From: Oopsacas minuta
Taxonomy: Eukaryota > Animalia > Porifera
DNA: 34,473 nt
Assembly (NCBI GenBank): GCA_024704765.1
Contig: JAKMXF010000074.1
Span: 1 to 34,473 of the forward strand
Direction: 5' to 3'
Under the pieces are notes generated by a model, which was not told the origin of the DNA, did not search any database, and saw only the letters and a list, made by a program, of their open reading frames with translations. Positions within the stretch are counted from its first letter, which is position 1. Each line of letters begins with the position of its first letter. Of the stretch, positions 21,839 through 33,322 are shown piece after piece. Both the position numbers and the translations under genes were made by a program.

Positions 21839-22481
21839 GTAAATCCTGATAAATTGAACTTACACAATTAGAGTATATTTCTTACATCGTATTTAAACAC
21901 TCTTATATTACAGAAAAATTTATTGATTTTATTCTAAAGTTATAATTGAGAATACTCAGAGTACATAATCCTTTCATTATTGATTAAGGAAGATAGTCCT
22001 AAAATTAATCAATTACTTTGATCTCGAAAAACTTCCCATAGCTTAGTTGGCTTTTGATAGATTATATTGGACATAGAGCTAGTGGTGTTTTAGTTCCTCC
22101 GTAATTAACCCTACAGCAAAATTTCCAAACAAACTTATTGGATATAGTGTTAATCACAGATCCACAGTCCTACAAAACATTCGATTTTAATTGAAGAACC
22201 AAAATTGTCAAATCCTAAATCCTAAAATGCAAGAACATTTGTTCAATACAAAAACGATATTCTACTTAAGAATACGAATCCACCTACCACATATGTATCT
22301 AGCTTCATTGTATGAAATTTCGTTAGAAATTAATGAATTTGAGTTATTCCAAAACAATAGTGACCTTACCAAAGTGTGCTAAATAAATAAGCCCGCCCAC
22401 AATCTACAATACGGAAATTGTATCTGAACATTTCTAAAACAGAAAATCCTACATATATTGTGGTACTATATATAATGATTG

Positions 22482-25400
22482 CTAATAAGCTAAACCTATC
22501 CGTTTAGAATTATCTGTACCCTTACCTCTCCTCTTCCTCTTCCTTCTGGAACTACGTATAGACCCTGTCATGGCATTAGCTAGTGAGGAACACACTCTAC
22601 TCAATCTTTGACTGTTAGCTATGCTGTCTGTAGATGAAATCTGATTGATCAGCTGATTGGTTTCTTCATAATAAACATCTGATAATTCATTTGTATCTTT
22701 AGCTAAGAGCTGACAATAAGGCAATACTAGAGCTAGGACAGTCTGACAATAGTTAGTATTTTCTATAGAACATACTGTAGATAGTTTAGCTGTGTAGAAT
22801 GTATGGAGTTGGTTAATAAAAGTATGTAGGAATGGAGTAGAATTAGAAGATAGGAGAATACACTGTAATATCTCTTCACATTTTCTGGTTTGAAATTTGT
22901 AGCTATTGGTATTAATTGCTTGTATCAGAGTTGGTATTAGATTGCAGGTTATGAGAGGAGCAAACTCAATAAGTTTCAAGAAAGGTAGATTCCACTGATA
23001 ACCGTGTTTCTTCTCTGCGAAATAATTCAAACATTCTGCCACAATATCAGTTAACTCAGCAGAACATTCTGCAAGCATATCACTTCTTCTCATTGCTTTA
23101 AGGATAATACCAACTCCGCTGGTGAGTAGCTTAGCTAGTACCAAGCTAGGAGCAGATACAGCTAGATGGAATTCTCTCTTAAGAACAACACACATGAACT
23201 CTGTACTAACATCTAACTTGCATTTAGATGTACACAATTTCTTAGAGAATAGAGATACTAGTTTAGAATAGAATTCCTCAAGTTTGTCATAATTCGATGA
23301 GAGGATGAGACATTCAGAAGCAGGTACCACGAGGTAGATCAACAGAGGACTGTCTGTCTGTTTCTCAATATACATTTGTATCAAGGATAGCACCCGAATA
23401 CGGAAATGGATATGAGATACGTCTCTATCTCTCTCCAATCTCTTCGGATTATCATTTTTCTTCTGACGAAACAACTCAGAGAGAGCAATGTCAATTCCTT
23501 TCAATCTTTCCTCATCTTCATCCATGTCAAGTGATTCAGCATCTGATCCCTGCTCTACTTCACCCAGAGCTTCCATTACATTCTTTTTAAACAGAAGGTC
23601 CCGCATCTCTACACTCATGTTTGTATTGTTATCTGTATCTTCGCTATCAGATTCTAGAGATTCAGAATTATTCGAATCTTTGTTAGAATCTGTATTTTCA
23701 TCGTCTTGTATCTGTTCTGTGTCAAACGCAGCATCAATTAGCAGGAAGATAGCATCACGTGTTACCTGTGGTATCATGCTACGGAACAATGTATCCGCAA
23801 TAGTACGAGACAGATGTGTGTTGTGTGAGAGAGTATTGATAATAATCTCTGTTAAACTACTCGTGTGGTCATTAGAGATTGTATTATAACTCAGTAGTAG
23901 TGTGTGCAGACTGTTCTTTGTGTTATTACTAGGATCTGTGAGTAGCAGTAGAGAGTAATAGTGAATACAAGAGAGTAGGTTAGATTGATATTTACTCACT
24001 TCTCCTGCTTCTAACTCTCTCTCCAGCTCCATAGTGAGAGGGTACACTGATTTGAGCAAATCTATCATCTCAGTATCTGTAGTGCCTGAGTACAGAGTGA
24101 TGTAATTAGGTCTGTCAAGCATTGACAGAGTCCATTTGACTGCAAATCCTAATTGTGAGAAGTAAGCTAGTTTTCTAGTATCCTCAGACAGAAACTCCGT
24201 TAAGAATAGAAATAGGACTTCTCTACATCTAGCTCTTACATCCTGATGCAGCTCTATCTCTAACTCTATCCTAGCAGGATAAAATGATTTATTGCTTTTG
24301 TGTAGAACAAAGAATGAGTGAGTTGTAAGAAATTTAATGATAGCCTCTTCAGTGAGTGACGTCATGTAATCTCCCTTCAGTTTACACAACTGCAGAACCA
24401 GGGATAGTGTGTAGTCCTGTGAGGCTAGGAGTGGAGTGCGTAACTCAGAGAGCCGTGAAGATACAGGAGGGTAAGGGATGAGAATATTTCCTTTAAGAAA
24501 ATACTCAAACAGAGATTGAATGAATATACGTGTATCTTCACTTCTAAGAGAAATATCAGTGCTCTCTGCTTGCTGATACTCCTTATAGAGAAGTGATGTA
24601 TTCTGAGGTGACAATAAGCACAGTTCTAATGATATAATAGTTATAGGAGATATCAGTCTGTTGTGAATAAGATAGAATATCTTATTTAGAGTGTTAATAC
24701 ATTTCGTGTGTAAGTGCTCTTTGTCTGTCTGAACAGCTGATCTGAATAGTAACACTATTGAGGGGGAGAGGATTGAAAATATGTGTGAAATAGGAGGATT
24801 ACATTTTACTGAGTAATAGAATAAATCAAATGTCATACACTTCCGTTTAAGATTCATTTCAAACATCCCTTCTTCTACCAAGATCTTCCAGAAAGAGTGG
24901 AACATTTCTGTTGTCAAGAAATACTCAATAGAGAGAGTGATACAGGGGTGAAGATACATACCAGTTACTGATTGTAGGATTATATCAGTTATAGCAGAGA
25001 GATGCTCTTCTGAATTTAATGGGGATATATGTATACACGAATTAACCAGTTTGTTAGCATGTTTAACGCTAGAATAATTAATACAAATAGAGAATAGAAT
25101 AGCTAGCTTCTCAGGACTACACTCTTGTATATTTGAGCTGCCCAGCTCTGTCATAACCAATGAGAGGACTAGTTTAATTTCTTGTTGTGTAAGACAAGAT
25201 ATCAGATCTGTGATGAGTTGTGCACACGCTATTTTTAGATAGGGATTCCGCGTGAATAGAGGAAAGAGTAGTTTTAATACTTGCGTCTTGAGGTTAGAAT
25301 CTGTATCAGTGAAACTAACACACCGAGATATAGCAGAGATAGCTAGCAGCTTTCCCACCTTGTAACCCTTAGCTTCACTGCTCTTTGCATTAGGTGGAGT

Positions 25401-25688
25401 AATCAGATGTTTATCTATCATAGCATATACTTCATGAGGTTTGATCGTGTCTACAGAGTCTAGGACACAGGCTAGAGTTGTGGTGTAGCCATGTAAAGTT
25501 GGTGAGTGGTATGCTGAGAGACCTTTTATAAGCCGCTGGAGACTGTACTCAAATGCTGTCATGTTCCTGTAAGTCGTAGACTGAGCAGAGTCAGATTGTA
25601 AGAAGTAGATTAGGTTTTCGACACCTTCCCTCCTGCAATCTTCATTTTTAGAACAGAGGTGCTCGAAATGGTCGAAAATGTTTGACAT
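22482..25688 (-). CDS. MYBBP1A: Myb-binding protein 1A / Pol5 (DNA polymerase phi family) nucleolar protein, intronless, 1068 aa
   Basis: YSLQRLIKGL...GYTTTLACVL near the N-terminus, an acidic D/E/S tract followed by DEERLKGIDIALSELFRQKK, then HFRIRVLSLIQMY, and a basic C-terminal NLS (RRKRKRRGK). These match the MYBBP1A/Pol5 layout. Confidence 0.85.
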   Translation of the reverse strand: MSNIFDHFEHLCSKNEDCRREGVENLIYFLQSDSAQSTTYRNMTAFEYSLQRLIKGLSAYHSPTLHGYTTTLACVLDSVDTIKPHEVYAMIDKHLITPPNAKSSEAKGYKVGKLLAISAISRCVSFTDTDSNLKTQVLKLLFPLFTRNPYLKIACAQLITDLISCLTQQEIKLVLSLVMTELGSSNIQECSPEKLAILFSICINYSSVKHANKLVNSCIHISPLNSEEHLSAITDIILQSVTGMYLHPCITLSIEYFLTTEMFHSFWKILVEEGMFEMNLKRKCMTFDLFYYSVKCNPPISHIFSILSPSIVLLFRSAVQTDKEHLHTKCINTLNKIFYLIHNRLISPITIISLELCLLSPQNTSLLYKEYQQAESTDISLRSEDTRIFIQSLFEYFLKGNILIPYPPVSSRLSELRTPLLASQDYTLSLVLQLCKLKGDYMTSLTEEAIIKFLTTHSFFVLHKSNKSFYPARIELEIELHQDVRARCREVLFLFLTEFLSEDTRKLAYFSQLGFAVKWTLSMLDRPNYITLYSGTTDTEMIDLLKSVYPLTMELERELEAGEVSKYQSNLLSCIHYYSLLLLTDPSNNTKNSLHTLLLSYNTISNDHTSSLTEIIINTLSHNTHLSRTIADTLFRSMIPQVTRDAIFLLIDAAFDTEQIQDDENTDSNKDSNNSESLESDSEDTDNNTNMSVEMRDLLFKKNVMEALGEVEQGSDAESLDMDEDEERLKGIDIALSELFRQKKNDNPKRLERDRDVSHIHFRIRVLSLIQMYIEKQTDSPLLIYLVVPASECLILSSNYDKLEEFYSKLVSLFSKKLCTSKCKLDVSTEFMCVVLKREFHLAVSAPSLVLAKLLTSGVGIILKAMRRSDMLAECSAELTDIVAECLNYFAEKKHGYQWNLPFLKLIEFAPLITCNLIPTLIQAINTNSYKFQTRKCEEILQCILLSSNSTPFLHTFINQLHTFYTAKLSTVCSIENTNYCQTVLALVLPYCQLLAKDTNELSDVYYEETNQLINQISSTDSIANSQRLSRVCSSLANAMTGSIRSSRRKRKRRGKGTDNSKRIGLAY

Positions 25689-26395
25689 ACAAAAATATAT
25701 ATTAGTCTTCTAGCAAGGAAGAATTGATAAAATGATTATATGATGAAATCAAAACAAATGCCAACTTTTGGGTGAATATGGAAATTGCAAAAAATGTCCA
25801 GTCGATAGACTTGTAGTGCAGCTAGGGTAATTTGTTTTGTTCTTTTCAGGGAGGCAGGCCCCCCTGACCCCTGTGTAGATACGGCAATGCATCAGACCCT
25901 CGACTGATTTTGGGATCCTGGATCTTATACATATTTAGTGTTAAATACGAATATGAGATTTGAAAATGTCAAAATTGGTATCTACCTATCCTGACAAAAG
26001 TTAAATATAATTTGGATGGTTATGGTTCTGAGAAGTTCTAGTCTTGGACGAAAATTCATACCTATGACGAAATTATGACTTAATTGTCACCTTTTGGGAT
26101 TTTCGAAAATCACAATACTTACCACTGCTCAGCCGATATACATGATAGACTCAATATGCCAAATGTTCTGAAGTCATAATTTTGGCCAAATGCAAAATTA
26201 TCATGCGCTTATTACGTCATTATGTGTTTCGGTCCTGGAACTTATTGATTATTTACAGGGTCTTGGCCCCCATCCAGAACTTGTTGCACACTGGATTGAA
26301 TTTATGCCCCCCCACAAATTTCAAAGCCACACGACGCCACTGATTAGAGCGAAGAAAAGTTATTCAGGAGGTATTACAAGAAACAAATAAGTTAT

Positions 26396-26553
26396 ATATA
26401 GCTCAACTATACTATAGTACAGTTTTTGTGTATTAGCTTTTCTATGTTCGAGGAAAGGCCATTTGTTAGGCCTAATGAAAGTCACCTTTTTGGAATAAGG
26501 GTATGGGGTTTAGTATTACAAAAAACTGTACTACACTAAAGTTGAGCTATATA
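26396..26553. repeat. Imperfect inverted repeat, possibly a small MITE, directly abutting the Ginger2 element
   Basis: TATAGCTCAACTATACTATAGTACAGTTTTT versus AAAAACTGTACTACACTAAAGTTGAGCTATA, with a ~90 bp spacer. Confidence 0.5.
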
Positions 26554-27651
26554 TGTTACAGTCAATGTGTAAAATCAGTCAATTTACAAATTGATTGAAA
26601 TTTCCAGTCAATTTGTAAATTAACTGATTCACTTAGGCAATTTACAAATTGACTAGAATATTCAGCCAATTTACAAATTGATTGAATCATTGGTCGGCTT
26701 TTTTGACAGATTGACTGAAACGTATTACGAATTTAATTAATTGATATCAATATCCACTAAAAGCATGTGATTACAGCATACTGACTAAATAGTTCATATA
26801 TCGTTCCCATTCAGATCTTGTTGGGGCAGGTCATGCTCGCGTGACACTTGCTATTACATTTAAGTCCAGCCTTGAAACATTTACATTTGTTTGATTTACA
26901 TTGTTTGCCACTTTGTGTACAGTTACACTTGGCAAACCCTTGTCCACCACACTTAGACCCTTGTTGAACAGCTTGTCGTAGGCCTATTTCTTTGTCTGTG
27001 GTGAAATCGTTCGCACTGTGTAGCGGATGGGGACACAAATCAAACCGATTTCGGCTGTAAGATCCTTTCAGGATTCCTGTACGGACTGCTATACGGTACA
27101 TGTCATTTTCATTTCTTTCCAGAATTACACCTATTATGTTTCGAGGATGACCTCTATTTGTTCACATACCTGCCAAGGATATAGTACTGCCTGTTGGACT
27201 TCTTTGCGGTGTCAGATGCAACTTTGACCTCTTCAAGCAACAAAAAATACTCGTGTTTGGTCATCAATAATGATTTGGCATCGGAGCTTTTTCGTTTCAA
27301 CATCTCCTCACGGAAAGACTGTTCCTAGTGTCCGACATATTTTAGAGTTATGAGGGTGTTCATATTACCTTGCCTTTTATACTCCAGAATATTTCACGTC
27401 GATAGATGCTTCCCTTTGATATGTTGTTATCGAGGATACACTACTTTGAGTCAGGTTTCTCTTATACATTTTCAATTGTTAAGTTGAGTAGACGAATATG
27501 TTTTGGAATAACAATAATTGCAAGATTTCCCATTTATTCACTACTTTGATGATTTGTAATTCGTAATATGTTTCCAGTCAATCTGTCAAAATAACCGACC
27601 AATGATTCAGTCAATTTGTAAATTGACTGAGTTTACACATTGACTGTAACA
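26554..27651 (-). mobile_element. Internally deleted Ginger2-type (KRBA2/SCAND3-like) DNA transposon, 1098 bp
   Basis: TATA|TGTTACAGTCAATGTGTAAA ... TTTACACATTGACTGTAACA|TATA, i.e. TGT...ACA ends with a 4 bp TSD. The minus strand has an N-terminal piece (LLMTKHEYF...KSNRQYYILGR|gtatgt) joined to the C-terminus RGHPRNIIGVI...YSRNRFDLC...GQGFAKCNC..QCKSNKCKCFKAGLKCNSKCH. The DDE core is absent. Confidence 0.85.
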
Positions 27652-27974
27652 TATATAAGGAATCTGTACTAGAAATATGACATAAATAGAGATCTATAAA
27701 TTTTACAAAATGATTACAATAGGTGAAGAGTCACAACACAACAAATGGTGGCAAAGAACTTTAACTTTCTTAAACAAGACTTGTCCCTTCAGTAAATGTC
27801 ATTATTAGAATATAAATACTCGATTACCTCTGACAATGAATGATTTGAAACGAAACTTCAAGGGACAGTCGTAGCGTGTCAAAATCCTGGCCGAGACCCG
27901 GCCCTGATATACCAGATCTTGGAACACCACAAAATATTAATAGATAATTAAATAATAATTAAACTACAAAAGGC

Positions 27975-30029
27975 TTAACGAGAGTCTCCATCCCATAAGG
28001 TAGATCTAGAGTGAGGTTGGTGGTAACTATCTTGTACAACCATCCTAAATATCAAGTAGCCAGTTGTTAAGACGCGGTTTGTTAAATCTGTATCCTCACC
28101 TCCCCATTTATCTTGGAATTTCAAGGAATCCATTCCACCCAAAATTATCCAGTCAGACTTGTATAAACTAAATAATCCATATCCATAAATTGAGAGATTT
28201 CCTTGCAGTTGACCCGGTGTGCGTGGTCTAAATCTTGGGATCAGATAGAATATTATTGGAGCAAACCCTGAGTATCCCTGGAAAGTATGTTTACGGATAT
28301 CGTCGAGGATATGTGAAGGGTTATAGATAAAGAGATCAGTAGTGTATATGATATCATCTGAACTCTTAACACTGTCTATACCTAAATTAATAGCACCTGT
28401 TTTCGTCCAGGGTCCTACAATGTCGATTACAGTCTAGTGTTTTAGTCTACTCTGACGTAGCAATGTGGTAACATTAAACTGAGGGATCACGTAATTGACG
28501 ATAATCACACCAAAATTCTCATCCCCGGTTTCATCATACACTTGTTCCATATTCTGAACAAATTCTCTCAACATTTGTGGCAGGTTCCTGTGAGTTACAA
28601 GAATGTGTACAAATTTATCTCTTCGAATCTTCATATTTGTTGGATGACAAAACTGAGATTGAGGATAATCTTTGTGTCCAAGCACTACGTAATGAGAGAG
28701 AAGATACTCCTTCGATGAATTTAATGCAAATGTAACCATAACTTCAATTAGATAGAGATCTCCATTATCATTGTCGTGTAGTCTTTCCATGTTCATGAGA
28801 CGAGAGAGATGAACAGCTGGATATGCGCCAGATATGCTTTCTATAAATAGACCAATAATATTCTCCTTCAATTTTTTACCTATAACTGCATTGAAAACTA
28901 TTTGATCAGCCTTTCTGAACAAAGTAGAGTGAAGAGTTTTAGCAGGATAGGACCTGATTAGTTTCAGAGCTGCATCTATACGTGGTATAGCTGGTTTGTA
29001 GTCACATGAGGCAAATACAGAACTTGTTCCAAATTGGCTAAGATCAATAGGAGGGATAGAAAATAATGTGTTCCTTTCATCAAAAGGGTGGAATTGATCA
29101 ATCAGCCATGAGCTAGGAGTGTGTAATGGTAAAGGTAATGGATTATACGTCTCAGGGACAATTCTAACTGTGTCATTCACGAAAGGAAAGAGACAATCAG
29201 AATCTATATATTTGTAGTCAGTAGACTGCCGTTTCCATCTAACTTCTATTACTCCAGCTTGTTCGCTAGCATAAATAAATTCAATGTACTGCTTCATTTC
29301 AGATTTCAGATAAGCATAGAAGTACCTAACTTCTTCTATTATAGTAGATTTACATTTGACTGCATTAGAAGGTAGTGTATCAGGCGATATCCATAACTCT
29401 ATTGATCCTACGTATTTCACTTCAAAGGAATATTTCCCATATTCTCGAGTGAGTATGTAACCAAATATTCTTCCACCGGTACGTTCTGTTGCTTGTATTT
29501 TGTTCAGCGAGGTTGTGAAATATTTCTTCCAAGGGTTGTAGGGGTATTCGAGTTTAGACTTCAGGAAATCAATCGAGTCGGTAAACATATCCATCCATAT
29601 GTATACATTCAGAGAACCTCTTTTTAAGTTTGCAAATAATTCATTGTTCATATCATTGCTGTATAGTGCATCTGGATTTGTAAAATTTGATGGGAACTGA
29701 TATGCGTTGGATATTCTCACAATCATATTTCTTAATAAAGGAAGATTCAAATCGAAATCAATCCTATTTTGCTCTTCCGAATAGGTTTTGGTCACATTTC
29801 TTTCTTTGTTGGATGAATATGTTGATGATTCGAATTTGGGAGAAGTGTAAGAAATGTAATCAGAGTTCACTTCGATTCTTTCTATATCTGTTTCGAAGTA
29901 GTTTATTCCGAATTTAGTTATTATCAAGTAGGACAAGACACATAAACAAATTATCTTAATACTAGTACTGCTTATTAACCTTCTTGACAAATAACTCAAC
30001 TGTTGTTTTGTTGGAACAATTGCCATCAT
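27975..30029 (-). CDS. B4GALNT3/4-like: Beta-1,4-N-acetylgalactosaminyltransferase 3/4-like (TM + PA14 + glycosyltransferase), interrupted by one in-frame TAG at 28434-28436
   Basis: Type II TM anchor and PA14-like GRIFGYI...IELWIS...EVRWKR, then VHILV...FVQNMEQVYDETGDENFGVII. After the TAG the same frame stays open for 152 codons: ...DIRKH...GFAPI...GYGLFSLYKSDW...GGM...KWGGEDTDL.NRV...HQPHSR...*. Confidence 0.85.
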
Positions 30030-30469
30030 GACCTTTTCAATTTCTTAGCACCAGATGCTTAAGGTAGTAACGTAGTACTTATTTTTTAGACCCTTCAATC
30101 AAAGTTTTGAACTCTAATTTGGTATATACATTATAATTTAATGTAGAACATACCAAGTACATTTCATACTTGTAATCTTTGAGCTGTAAAGTGCATATGT
30201 GTATTGTTGAGATATATCGAATTTCCAATTTGCATAGCGGTTGAAGATCCAATATAGGAAATACAATAATGGCTTAACCATGTACGGTAGCGATCTATAA
30301 GGCAATTACAATCTATTTATTATAAGAAAAATATGCATATTTTACGATATTGTTGAACTTGTACTATCAATCTCTGCGTGAAAATATCAGCTTATCATAG
30401 ATCCTTCCACAATTTAGGATCGGAAGGCCGTGCATAATGTCAGCCCAGATCGGGATCGTGATATGGTCA

Positions 30470-30599
30470 CAGGGTTGCCGTGGGAATGGGAATTGTGATT
30501 ATCCTTTGGGAATCCAATGGGAATTCTGAAATTCCATATGAAATCCTGTGTGAATGGGATGAGAAAGGGAATTGAAATTCCTTTCCTACGGCAACCCTG
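30470..30599. mobile_element. 130 bp hAT-like MITE
   Basis: CAGGGTTGCCGTGGGAATGGGAATT ... AATTCCTTTCCTACGGCAACCCTG, with internal GGGAAT motifs. No 8 bp TSD is visible. Confidence 0.55.
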
Positions 30600-30864
30600 G
30601 CATATAGATCTTTTCATTGAGGATTGTATATGCCCTACACTGAACCCTCATGTATATAGGAAATTGATATATCTCAACTTTTTCATATCATAGCGGAGTC
30701 AGGGTCATATGGGCCCCTTTGGTCGCCAATACGGAGATTCGAGTTACTTATTGTCCTTCCTTCAGAATTAGATACATCACAATTCAGATGAGAGGAAGAT
30801 TTCTAGGCGGTTTTACTTGAAATTTGTGCAAATCGTAACAAATTGATTTCCACTGACATGAAAT

Positions 30865-31640
30865 ATCTTAAAATGCTGGATAACTGTTGTTCTCAGTCAT
30901 GGGGGACGTGACAGGATGTACGAGTATTTCATGAGCCACAACTATCACATGTTTCGTGCAGTAATTGTCCTCTTTGTACGCCTCTGCGCCATTTGCCAAG
31001 CCAACAAGGGCAGGAAATCTACACTGAAAGTCATCCACTGACCTATCATATCTGAGAATGTTGGGCTGCCTGGGCAGGCTCACCTTGTGGATATACAGAC
31101 ATACCCACACGGACTATCAGCACATCCTCAACTATCAGGACTGCTTCAGCAAGTTTGTCATCCTCAGGCCTCTCAAGTCCAAGCGAGCGGTAGAGGTAGC
31201 TGAACATCTGGTGCAGATCTTCTGTGAGCATGGCCCGCCACACATCTTGCACGGATAATGGGAGAGAGTTCGTTAACAAGCATCTATTCACTGCCGTGCG
31301 CAGACTCTGGACAAGTACACACCTTGTACAGGGGAGGCCAAGACATTCACAGGATCAGGGAAGTGTGGAGCGAGCTAATGGTGATTTCAAGAAGCAATTA
31401 TTCGCCCATCTCATGGATGCGGGTAAAGAGACCAATGAGTGGGCAAGTGAGTTACAATTTGTTCAGTATAGTAAAAATAACGCATACCACTCGGGTATTA
31501 AGGCGACACCCTTCTCTGTACACTTTGAGAGAACGCCACCGGATCTCAGTGTGGATATGCTACTGCCAAGCGAGGTACTTAACACCCTTAATGATGATGA
31601 CCAGCTGGAACATGCGCTAGCTACCAGACAGGTTACTGAG
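30865..31640 (+). pseudogene. Ginger2/KRBA2-like integrase pseudogene (zinc finger + rve core)
   Basis: Joining frames gives HGGRDRM...CAICQ, GQAHLVDIQ, ILNYQDCFSKFVILRPLKSKRAVEVA, GPPHILH/DNGREF, GRPRHSQDQGSVERANG, QYSKNNAYHSGIKATPF. There is a stop and several frameshifts; no TIRs were recognised. Confidence 0.85.
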
Positions 31641-32959
31641 AATATTTCTAACATATTAATCCGTAGCTTTCAGGATACAGAATTACAGACAATACGTTCA
31701 CATAATGTGGTATTTCAGTTATTTGATATCTACCTTCTTGCATGGAACTATGCCATACTTGCCAACTGTCCTGTTTTAGCGAAATAATGTGCTTTGGTTT
31801 TTCCCTATAAACCAATTTCGTCTCTGTTACCATCAAGTAGTAGAAATAATTTCAATATTTAATCAGGCTTAATATATGTAAATAGTTTATGTATTGGATA
31901 GTCAGATCTTTGAGTTACAGCGTATACTGTTAATTAATAAATACAGTGGTACCCTACCTGTCAGTTAGGAGAGCTTATTTCGGAACAACGGGTGGTTAAA
32001 TGACGGCTATTACTGCAATACTCAATCTTTAATATAACAAATTTATACAAACATATACTCGCCAAAAGGTCTCAAGGTATATTTCGCGAATTATGTCTCC
32101 TTTCAGGATCATTGAATTATTTCAATCAATGAGGCGTGCCAATTTTTACTTAATTGTTTAAAAATTATTCAGTGATAACTTCTTAGTAAAATAAGTTAAA
32201 TAACCATGAGCTACACAGTGACTACAGTTCAGGGTCGTAACCAGAAGGTATTGTTAGGGGTAGCTTGGAAACATCACTCTTTTCATATCATTTTGGCATA
32301 GATGCTAGTAACCAGTTTGAGTGAGTAAACTCTTGTAGTTTTGCTTTGTTTTTATGATTACAATTGAAGTGAACAATATTTAATCGATCAAAGGATATAA
32401 TTCATGTAGATAGTATATCAGTGAGCATTTCTGATCTAGTACTGCTCATGAATAAATTATTCATTAACATGAAACTTCGAGCGGAACGAGCAAAAAATTC
32501 TATATTAGACTCTGTTCATAGTATATTAATTGAAGGTTTTTAAATTTGCAATATATAATTCATGCCGTAGGAGACGGTCCGGACCAACATTTGGTCTACT
32601 ATTACAAATAGTATTAGCCAACTGGATCAAATTTTGGTGGCTACATACATTTCGTATAGGTCAACCTGACCAATAGAAAATTAATGAAACCACACATCTA
32701 CGACAAATATCCATGGGGAATTAAGTAAAGAACTCAAAATTCCAAAATAATTTGAGATAGATATCGCACAGCAAAAGATACGTTAGATGGTGGCCAAATT
32801 TTATATGGGGGTTAAAATATCTCCAGGAGGGGCTGAGTCCCCCTGGCCTGCAGTTAAGTCTACAGACTATTTCAAATAATTCGCATTGCTCTTAATAGTT
32901 AGCAATATTAGGCACAACTAATCCTATTGAACCAGAACCTGTTGAAGATAATTTAAAGT

Positions 32960-33260
32960 GAGAGAGAAGATAAAACTACATCTTTATAGTTAATATAATG
33001 TTTGAAAGAAAGAGAAAGCGCATTATTGAGAGAGTTAGATACAATTGTAACTTGTTATCAACCTTATAAGGTGAATTGAAGGATACAAACGAGAGGATTC
33101 TAGCTCTAAAGAATTTGAAACTGCAGAATGAGAAGAAATGAATACAGAACTTGAAAATATTGAGATTCCTAAACAACCAAAAATGATTAGCTTCATATGT
33201 GACAACAAATTGTTAGTCAAAGGAAACAATTGGTAATTGGTAAAGTTGGTAAGAGAATTT
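32960..33260 (+). pseudogene. Degenerate coiled-coil N-terminal fragment of a coiled-coil + NHL-type protein family
   Basis: Broken frames read CLKERESALLRELDTIV...EMNTELENIEIPKQPKMISFICDNKLLV, a pattern I recall from N-termini of coiled-coil/NHL proteins. Multiple stops and frameshifts. Confidence 0.4.
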
Positions 33261-33322
33261 GTATAAATAAGGCTTTTAAATCAATTCTTTAACAAAACTT
33301 CACACGTTTTTACAAGGAATAA

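Noticed and set aside
23488-23889. 133 aa Ser-rich plus-strand ORF
   Set aside because: It is the antisense shadow of the acidic low-complexity tract of MYBBP1A.
26811-27101. Cys-rich 96 aa ORF as a novel metallothionein-like gene
   Set aside because: It is the typical Cys-rich C-terminus of Ginger2/KRBA2-type transposases and lies inside TIRs.
28434-28472. A 39 nt GT..AG intron that would remove the TAG in the B4GALNT-like gene
   Set aside because: It is shorter than any verified intron here (minimum 57 nt), lacks a good donor and pyrimidine tract, and would delete a segment (VTTLLRQSRLKH) that aligns with homologues.
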